DNA from: Methanofollis fontis
Lineage (GTDB): Archaea > Halobacteriota > Methanomicrobia > Methanomicrobiales > Methanofollaceae
Assembly (NCBI RefSeq): GCF_004297185.1
Contig: NZ_PGCL01000003.1
Coordinates: 544,739 to 568,738, forward strand
Length of the DNA stretch: 24,000 nucleotides
Direction: 5' to 3'
The stretch's first letter is position 1, and each line of letters starts with the position of its first letter. The notes under the pieces were generated by a model. The model made no database searches and was not told where the DNA came from. It saw only the letters and a program-made list of their open reading frames with translations. The position numbers were made by a program, and so were the translations under genes. Positions 15,273 through 21,982 of this stretch are shown here, one piece after another.

Positions 15273-16291
15273 TCCCCCCCGAGCAGTCTGATCTCTCGGC
15301 GATCATGAGCTGGATGGAACGGATCCGCCCATCCGACCTGGCACAGCGGTTTGCACGAGAGGGTGGGTTTGATGCAGAATCCTTCCAGCCGTGCCTCCCC
15401 GGATTTGCCGGGCATATCTCGGCTGTCGACGGAAGCAATGCCATGGTGCTCGAGAGCGGGAGTTTCTCCGTCGCCGCCGTGAGGGCGGTCGAGACCACCT
15501 TCCATCTGGGAGCACGTGTCCATGCCGGCGAGACACCCCTTCGGCTCGTCCGTATCGGCCCGGAGAAGACGAACGAAGGGTATGAAGATCTCTATTTCGA
15601 GTGTTTTGGTGACGACCCCCTCGAACCTCTTGAAAATGAGGACCGATCCCGCGCCGCCGCCGTCCTCAGGGACACCCTCGAGTACTGGACGCTCTCCCGC
15701 GTGGCGGCGATCCTGGGGGAGGGTGACGTGCTGCTCATCGACGGCACCCTGCGGGTGAACCACGGGGCGCTCAGGCAGGTGATGAAACGGATCCTCACGG
15801 ACGCACGGAGGAAGGGCGTGCATATCGCCGCGGTGACAAAGGCCGCCACCTCGACATGGGGGGACGGCATCCCGATCGTCCAGTCGGCAGAGGCGCTGGC
15901 GCGGGAGAGCGGGATCCATGGCCCCTGGTACCTGGAGATCCCTCCCCACCTCCTCGATGCCGTCCACCACCGGGAGTGGCACTTCGAGTCGGTCTATGTC
16001 GCATCCCTCCACCGCTGCTCACCGCGGGCCTTCAAAGTGGACCTGCCCGAGGGATGCGGGACGACGGAGGTATCAGCCGTCTTCTCCGCCCTCTCCGCCT
16101 ATGCCGACGACGGCAGGGTGACGGGATATCCCTATCCCCTCTTCGATGCCCACCGCCTCGCAGCCATCACCGCCGATCAGACCGAGTCCGTCAGGCAGGA
16201 ACTCAGGGGGCGGATGGCCGGGATGGGGATGCAGGAATCCGACTATACCTCATATTTTGGTGATTACCATGATGAATTTGCACGCTATTGA
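15269..16291 (+). CDS. nurA: NurA 5'-3' nuclease
   Basis: ISAVDGSNAMV (catalytic Asp strand) and LLIDGTL are NurA-type motifs. The position between rad50 and herA supports the call. ATG 15269 overlaps the rad50 TGA (ATGA), so I prefer it to the GTG at 15260. Confidence 0.8.
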   Translation: MIPPEQSDLSAIMSWMERIRPSDLAQRFAREGGFDAESFQPCLPGFAGHISAVDGSNAMVLESGSFSVAAVRAVETTFHLGARVHAGETPLRLVRIGPEKTNEGYEDLYFECFGDDPLEPLENEDRSRAAAVLRDTLEYWTLSRVAAILGEGDVLLIDGTLRVNHGALRQVMKRILTDARRKGVHIAAVTKAATSTWGDGIPIVQSAEALARESGIHGPWYLEIPPHLLDAVHHREWHFESVYVASLHRCSPRAFKVDLPEGCGTTEVSAVFSALSAYADDGRVTGYPYPLFDAHRLAAITADQTESVRQELRGRMAGMGMQESDYTSYFGDYHDEFARY

Positions 16292-17879
16292 TACCCGGGA
16301 CAGCGCAAAATACCGGCTTATCGGCAGGAGCGTCCTTGCCTACCGCTTCATTGTTCCCCATGACGAACTCCTCTGCATCGGCGATCTGGTCCGGATCAGT
16401 GACGATGCAAAGGGTCTGACATTCTTTGCAAAGGTCACCGACCTTGTGCACGACTGCAATTTTTCTGATCCCAACTGGGACACCCGGCCCTATACAAACC
16501 GGTTCTACACCATCGGAGAGGACGTATTCCTCGGCGTCGAGGCGGTCCCCCTCGGCTACCTTGACGGCGAGAGCGCCTTCAGGAAACCCAAGACGATCCC
16601 GGCCAAGTTCTCGGCGGTGTCGGTCGCCACCGCGGAGGATCTCGCATTTCTGCGAGAGATGATGGGGGAGATCGAAGTCGGGGTGATGAAGACCGGGCAG
16701 GGCGTGCTCGAGGGGGTGCCGGTGGGACTCCATGCCCGGGTGATGGCCCAGCATATGGGGGTGTTTGCAACGACCGGCATGGGCAAGAGCAACTTCATGA
16801 AGGTCTTCTGCGCCTCCTGCATGAAAGAGAAGAAATTCGGTCTTCTCATCGTCGACCCGCACGGCGAATACGCCACTGGAGGGCGTTCATCCACCATGGA
16901 GGCCACAAAGGGTCTGGTCCACAATACTGCAGGACGGGACGGGCTTTCGGTCTTCACCATCGATGATGCAAAGATCAGGACCTACACCTTCTCGCGGCTC
17001 AGGCTTGAATACGACGATGTACGGGCATCTGACCTCAACCTGCTCTTCGACCACTCCGACGCCCAGCGCGACGTGCTCGAGATCCTTGAAGACGTGGGGG
17101 GATCGGCCCTTATCGACTTCTTCAGCAACGTCGACTTCGACACCTTTGATCCCGATAAACCTGCCACCTACCCGGAGGAGGAGGGGGGGAGGGCAATCGC
17201 GGAACGCCTGCGCGGTTTCCACCCGGGCAGCCTGAAGGTGATCGCCCGGCACGTCCGGATCCTCACCGGGACGAACGCCGCCTTCCTGAAGCCGTCAGGA
17301 TCTGCCCTGAGCGAGATCGTGCGGGCCCTCGACGAGAACCGGGTGGTGCTCATCGATATACCAAAGATGGGCGAGCGCAGCGAACTCTTCGTGCTCTCGG
17401 TGATCACCCGCGGCATCCTGGGGCGGCACCGTGAATGGGGGGTGAACCGGGAAGAAGAGCCCCCACAGGTGCTCATCGCCATCGAGGAGGCCCAGCGCGT
17501 CCTCGGTGCGGGTGGGCGGCGGACACAGATCTTCAGGGAGGCGGCAATGGAGGGGCGAAAGTTCGGTGTGGGTCTCTGCGTGATCACCCAGCAGCCGAAG
17601 AACATCGACGCCCGTGTGCTCGCCCAGATCAACACCTTTGTGGTGATGGGACTCGGCGACAGGGGCGACCGCGACATCATCGGGAGCAGCGCAAAACAGG
17701 ATCTTTCCAGGATGGATACCGAAATTCAGACCCTTGACACCGGCGAGGCGGTGATCTCCACGCTGCGGATCCCCTTCCCGGTGAGCACCCGCATTCACCT
17801 CTTCGATGACTATATCGAGCGATTGAACCGGGAGGCGAAATCTCCGATGGACGAAGGGCTGAAACGAGGCTTTGAGTGA
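16269..17879 (+). CDS. herA: HerA hexameric DNA helicase/translocase (FtsK-HerA superfamily)
   Basis: MMNLHAIDTRDSAKYRLIGRSV... is the N-terminal barrel region. Walker A is GVFATTGMGKSNFMK and Walker B region is VLIAIEEAQRV. FGVGLCVITQQPKNID is also present. The start at 16269 overlaps the nurA end by 23 nt. The track's 16146 start lies inside nurA. Confidence 0.9.
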   Translation: MMNLHAIDTRDSAKYRLIGRSVLAYRFIVPHDELLCIGDLVRISDDAKGLTFFAKVTDLVHDCNFSDPNWDTRPYTNRFYTIGEDVFLGVEAVPLGYLDGESAFRKPKTIPAKFSAVSVATAEDLAFLREMMGEIEVGVMKTGQGVLEGVPVGLHARVMAQHMGVFATTGMGKSNFMKVFCASCMKEKKFGLLIVDPHGEYATGGRSSTMEATKGLVHNTAGRDGLSVFTIDDAKIRTYTFSRLRLEYDDVRASDLNLLFDHSDAQRDVLEILEDVGGSALIDFFSNVDFDTFDPDKPATYPEEEGGRAIAERLRGFHPGSLKVIARHVRILTGTNAAFLKPSGSALSEIVRALDENRVVLIDIPKMGERSELFVLSVITRGILGRHREWGVNREEEPPQVLIAIEEAQRVLGAGGRRTQIFREAAMEGRKFGVGLCVITQQPKNIDARVLAQINTFVVMGLGDRGDRDIIGSSAKQDLSRMDTEIQTLDTGEAVISTLRIPFPVSTRIHLFDDYIERLNREAKSPMDEGLKRGFE

Positions 17880-17909
17880 GAAATCCCCACCTTTTAAAAT
17901 AGAGAGAGG

Positions 17910-18425
17910 TTACGTCTGCTTCTTTTTTTCCGGATCGATCTTCCGGATCGAGACGCAGTTTATCACCGGATCGCCGGTTGCGATGTAGCGCTTGATGACC
18001 AGTCCGAGCACCTCGACATGGTCGCCCTCCTTCACATCTTCCTGCGGCGTGGTGAACATCTTCACCGAGATTTCTCCGCTCCTGTCAGCGACAACGAACT
18101 GAGGCCTGTTCAGGAAACGGAACATCGCTTTTTCAACGATGCCGCGGATCCGTACCGGAGAACCGATCATCGTGGCATTGATCGCCTTGATGCGGTAGTC
18201 CTTTGACTCTGCCTCATACACAGGAAGCAGATCGGCATACTGTTTCTGGCTCAAATAGTTCAGGGCCAGCGGTATGATCAGCAGGACAATCAGCGTCGGA
18301 ACCGCCCAGACGAGAAACGACAGCTCACCGGTCAGTACGACCGTGATGACGATCAAAACTGAAAAAAAGGCGAATACGGCCATCGAAAGGGCCGACATTC
18401 GCACATTGACATTTCTGATTTCCAT
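17910..18425 (-). CDS. Membrane-anchored protein with a C-terminal OB-fold-like domain
   Basis: There are two N-terminal hydrophobic helices (LSMAVFAFFSVLIVITVVL and LVWAVPTLIVLLIIPLAL). Then comes VRIRGIVEKAMF...FVVADRSGEISVKMFT...GDHVEVLGLVIKR, the strand pattern of tRNA_anti-type OB folds. The gene starts about 12 nt after the fdhC stop. Confidence 0.7.
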   Translation of the reverse strand: MEIRNVNVRMSALSMAVFAFFSVLIVITVVLTGELSFLVWAVPTLIVLLIIPLALNYLSQKQYADLLPVYEAESKDYRIKAINATMIGSPVRIRGIVEKAMFRFLNRPQFVVADRSGEISVKMFTTPQEDVKEGDHVEVLGLVIKRYIATGDPVINCVSIRKIDPEKKKQT

Positions 18426-18437
18426 TGTACACACTGC

Positions 18438-19307
18438 TTACTTGAGTGCGGCAATTTCTTTCTTGAAGGCGACCCAGTAGAGGACACCGACAAAGAGCAG
18501 GCCACCGATGGTGTTGCCGATGGTGACCATGATGATATTGTTGGTCCACATGGTGACCCAGTTCAGGCTCTGGAGCTTTGCGCCCACAATCGCCACCTGC
18601 TCAGGAGTGAGGTAGGGGGCGGTCATGATACCTGCCGGGATGAAATACATGTTTGCGACACAGTGCTCGAATCCGGTGGAAACGAAAGCCATGATCGGGA
18701 ACCAGATGCCGAAGAACTTGCCAATCAGGTCGTCGGCGCAGATGCCGAGGAGGATGGCGAGGTTGACGAGCCAGTTACAGCCGATTGCCTTCCAGAAGAG
18801 CGACCACTGGGCTGCAAGACCAACATATGAGACCTTTCCTGCGGCGATATTCACAGCAGAAAGACCGAATGCGGTTGCAGTGCCGGCGCCCGCTGCATCC
18901 CAGGAGGTAAACGGACCGACGGCCATCAGGTAGGCGTAGACGATCGAACCGATAAGGTTGCCGATATATACCCAGACCCAGAGATTGATCACACTGGCCC
19001 ACGAGATCTTGTGGATAAACGCGGCCATCGGAGCGAGCATCGCATCGCCGGTGAAGAGTTCAGCACCAGTGAGAACGATGATAATAAGCCCAACAGGGAA
19101 AACAGCACCCAGAATGAGTTTTGCGAAACCTGCTCCGAGGAAAGTCGAGACACCCGTGCTACAGACTGTAGCGAGGGCGCCGCCGATGGCGATGTACGCA
19201 CCGGCCATGAATCCCCTCAGGATCATGTTCCACGCTGGCAGGGACGTCTTATACTTCCCTGCATCGCCTGCTTTGGCGACGATTGCTACTGGAGGATGGA
19301 ACACCAT
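18438..19307 (-). CDS. fdhC: Formate/nitrite transporter family protein (FdhC/FocA-like formate channel)
   Basis: 289 aa. ILRGFMAGAYIAIGG...GLIIIVLTGAELFTGD...GNLIGS...FEHCVANMYFIP...GNTIGG are characteristic FNT motifs. Confidence 0.9.
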   Translation of the reverse strand: MVFHPPVAIVAKAGDAGKYKTSLPAWNMILRGFMAGAYIAIGGALATVCSTGVSTFLGAGFAKLILGAVFPVGLIIIVLTGAELFTGDAMLAPMAAFIHKISWASVINLWVWVYIGNLIGSIVYAYLMAVGPFTSWDAAGAGTATAFGLSAVNIAAGKVSYVGLAAQWSLFWKAIGCNWLVNLAILLGICADDLIGKFFGIWFPIMAFVSTGFEHCVANMYFIPAGIMTAPYLTPEQVAIVGAKLQSLNWVTMWTNNIIMVTIGNTIGGLLFVGVLYWVAFKKEIAALK

Positions 19308-19315
19308 TCTTCTTA

Positions 19316-19352
19316 CACCTCTTAAACGTCCTACCTATACCAGCACTATAAA
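19316..19352 (-). promoter_or_regulatory. Probable fdhC promoter TATA element and ribosome-binding site
   Basis: On the minus strand, TTTATAG (complement of 19346-19352) lies about 40 nt upstream of the ATG. AGAGGTG (complement of 19316-19322) lies 8 nt upstream of the ATG. Both are motif and spacing arguments only. Confidence 0.4.
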
Positions 19353-19695
19353 GTCTTTCTCGTATAGGCTAAACAACACTCTTGTCAAATCGTATTAAAC
19401 ACTTTCTAATCTGATGCCAGAACTCCCATGACTGTGGGTGTCAGACACCACCGATCAGGATCAAGAAGTAAATATGAAATAGTTTACAAATGGCCAAAAT
19501 TAATACATATCGCCTCGTCCGACCCCTGATCCCGCCATATTTCAGCCCGAATACGCGCCGAAAACAGGGGATGCCACACCGGGCGCGCAGAATCCAGCAT
19601 TCACCCGCTTCCTCCCCCGGACAGTCGCCCTGACGAAAAAATGGCCGGATGAAATGCTTTTTCTCATCTGCTCTGCAATATGTATGAGGAAAACC

Positions 19696-21483
19696 ATGTC
19701 CGATGGCGCCATCACGTATCAACGAGTATTCCTCATTGCAATCGTTGTCGGGGTCATCTCCGGTGTCGGCGCCCTCCTGTTCTTCGAAGGCCTGAAGATC
19801 GGGACACATTTTTTTATGGAGACGATCGTCGGTTATTCCCTGCCTGAGGAGGGGCAGAGTTTCACCGAGATCGCCATGTGGTCCCCACCGCAATCTCCAT
19901 GGTTGATCCTGCCGGTGATCTGCCTTGGCGGTCTCCTCTCCGGTCTCCTCGTCTATACCTACGCTCCGGAGGCGGAGGGGCACGGGACTGACGCGGCGAT
20001 CCGCGCCTTCCATGGCGAAGGGAGGATCAGGCGCCGCATCCCCCTCCTCAAGGCGCTGACCGCCATCATCACCATCTCCACCGGCGGAAGTGCGGGGCGT
20101 GAAGGTCCCACCGCCCAGATGTCCGCCGGGTTCGGATCGATGGTGGCGGATTTCCTGGGTCTTTCCGAGCGTGAACGCCGCATCGCCATCGCCACCGGCA
20201 TCGGGGCGGGCATCGGAACGATTTTCAAGGCCCCGCTCGGCGGGGCCATTCTGGCAGCAGAGATCCTCTACACCCGAGACTTCGAATCCGATGCAATAGT
20301 ACCCGCTTTCCTGGCCTCAGTGATCGGTTATGCAATATTTGGTTTTTTTGAAGGATTTGAACCGGTGTTTTCCCCGGTATCGGTGGACTGGTCGGTTGTG
20401 CACCTCCCCTTCTTCCTCCTGCTCGGCGCCTTCTCCGCCGTCTTCGGAATCCTCTATATCCAGACATTTTACGGGACAAAAAAGGTATTTTCGTCGTTTT
20501 TCGAGAAGCACCGGATCCCGAACCATATCAAACCCCTCTCCGGCGCCTTCCTGACCGGGGCCATCGTCGTCTCCCTCTGCTACATCTCCCCCGAGACAGC
20601 GATGATGGGGCTTGGAGGACTCGGCACCGGCTACGGTTTTGTCCAGCTCGCCCTCTACTCGATGCTGCCCCTCTCGGTCCTGCTCGTCCTCCCCTTCGTC
20701 AAGATCCTGACCACATCCCTGACCGTCGGTTCCGGCGGGAGTGGAGGTGTGTTTGCCCCGGGCCTCGTCATCGGCGGTGCCGCCGGAGGTGCCATCGGCA
20801 TGGCCCTGCACATCGTGATCCCCTCCCTCATCCCCCCGGAGATCATACCAGGCTTTGTGGTCGTGGGGATGATCTCCTGTTTCGGCGCCATCTCACATGC
20901 CCCCATCGCCGTGATGATCATGGTGGTAGAGATGACCGGAAACTTTTCCCTTTTTGTACCGGCCATGGGTGCGGTGGCCGTTGCCCATGTGCTCATCGGT
21001 GAAAAGACAATTTTTATCGAGCAGGTACCAAACAAGGCACAGTCCGGAGCGCACAGGGGAGAATTCTCCGTCGACGTGCTGGAGGAGATCAGTGTTGAGG
21101 AGGTGATGGTGGGGCGCCCTGCCGTCATATCCCTCGACCCCACCGACCCTTGCGAGAAGGTCTTCTCCCTCATCACCACCACACACCATACGGGCTACCC
21201 GGTGCTCGAAGGCAACCGGATCGTCGGGATCATCACCACACGGGATGTCCGGGAACTCCTTGCAGACGGGGATCTCTCGCTGCCGGTGAGCGAGCGGATG
21301 AGCAGGAATGTGGTGACGATCGCTGAGACCAGCACCCTTGAGGAGGCGCTCCAGGTGATGATCGAGCACGACATCCATCACCTGCCGGTGGTCCGTGAGG
21401 ATGACCCATTCATTCTCTCCGGTTTTCTGACAAGGACCGACCTGATGCTGGCCCACACCCGCTTCCTTTCCACGAGGAAGTAA
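19696..21483 (+). CDS. ClC-family chloride channel/antiporter with a C-terminal CBS pair
   Basis: GHGTDAAI, GGSAGREGPT (with the gating Glu) and GGVFAP are ClC selectivity-filter motifs. Two CBS repeats follow (VEEVMVGRPAVISL...GIITTRDV and VSERMSRNVVTI...GFLTRTDL). I prefer ATG 19696 because GAGGA lies 5 nt upstream. In-frame alternative starts lie at 19654 and 19684. Confidence 0.9.
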   Translation: MSDGAITYQRVFLIAIVVGVISGVGALLFFEGLKIGTHFFMETIVGYSLPEEGQSFTEIAMWSPPQSPWLILPVICLGGLLSGLLVYTYAPEAEGHGTDAAIRAFHGEGRIRRRIPLLKALTAIITISTGGSAGREGPTAQMSAGFGSMVADFLGLSERERRIAIATGIGAGIGTIFKAPLGGAILAAEILYTRDFESDAIVPAFLASVIGYAIFGFFEGFEPVFSPVSVDWSVVHLPFFLLLGAFSAVFGILYIQTFYGTKKVFSSFFEKHRIPNHIKPLSGAFLTGAIVVSLCYISPETAMMGLGGLGTGYGFVQLALYSMLPLSVLLVLPFVKILTTSLTVGSGGSGGVFAPGLVIGGAAGGAIGMALHIVIPSLIPPEIIPGFVVVGMISCFGAISHAPIAVMIMVVEMTGNFSLFVPAMGAVAVAHVLIGEKTIFIEQVPNKAQSGAHRGEFSVDVLEEISVEEVMVGRPAVISLDPTDPCEKVFSLITTTHHTGYPVLEGNRIVGIITTRDVRELLADGDLSLPVSERMSRNVVTIAETSTLEEALQVMIEHDIHHLPVVREDDPFILSGFLTRTDLMLAHTRFLSTRK

Positions 21484-21544
21484 ACTTTCACCCCGCACAC
21501 ACGGCGATCACTCATATCGGTATGCGGAGAAGATCTTCGCCACC

Positions 21545-21982
21545 ATGCCCGACCCCTGTTTCATCTCATCCATCCTGCATTCATCCGCCATCTCGGTGCT
21601 TGTGGCACCGGAGAACATGCTGCGGCGCGTGCTGGAGGAGTGCCTGAATGCTGCAGACAGTCGGGCCCTCTACATCTCCCCCAACTATTCACGCCTGGTC
21701 GGAACGATCCGGATCCCTGATCCCGGTTTTTCTGTACGGAGGGCACTTACCGCCTTCCAGGTCATCACCATCCTGCAAACAGCCAGCGAGAGCACTGTCA
21801 TCATCGAATATGACCGTGAAACCTTCGGTGATCTGACGGAACTGTCCATGGTGTTTGCGGGAGGTTGCCGCGATTTTGCCCTCTCCGCCACCGTCATCAT
21901 CTGTGCCACCGGGTTCGACCCGACTCTTGCCGCAGTCACAGAACAGGCGGACCGGACAGTTCGAATAGGGAGAGGACATTGA
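21545..21982 (+). CDS. Uncharacterised 145-aa protein translationally coupled to the PolB paralogue
   Basis: Codon usage is GC3-rich like neighbouring genes. Its TGA (21980-21982) shares one nucleotide with the polymerase ATG (21982-21984). The alternating strand/helix-like pattern (SVLVAPEN...ALYISPN...RRALTAFQVITILQ...STVIIEYD...ATVIICATG...RTVRI) is reminiscent of a RecA/KaiC-like core lacking a P-loop. That resemblance is unverified. Confidence 0.6.
   Translation: MPDPCFISSILHSSAISVLVAPENMLRRVLEECLNAADSRALYISPNYSRLVGTIRIPDPGFSVRRALTAFQVITILQTASESTVIIEYDRETFGDLTELSMVFAGGCRDFALSATVIICATGFDPTLAAVTEQADRTVRIGRGH

Noticed and set aside
16146-16268. Upstream extensions of herA (16146) and of the PolB paralogue (21865-21981)
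   Set aside because: Both extensions lie inside the preceding gene in another frame and give P/S/R-rich sequence. Family-like N-termini start at ATG 16269 and ATG 21982, each positioned for translational coupling.
17880-17909. Bidirectional terminator between the convergent herA and OB-fold genes (CTTTTAAAAT at 17891-17900)
   Set aside because: There are only four consecutive T on each strand and no convincing hairpin. This is plausible for archaeal oligo-T termination but too weak to call as a feature.
19500-19695. Fluoride (crcB-motif) riboswitch upstream of the ClC gene
   Set aside because: From memory, the crcB consensus has a GGnGAUGG...CC pairing, AAAC.GCC, and a 3' CUGAUGAU.CCUAC. 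The leader has only a loose GGGGAUGCC and none of the other conserved blocks. The channel has the GREGP filter and CBS domains typical of chloride-type ClC, not the fluoride-specific clade.
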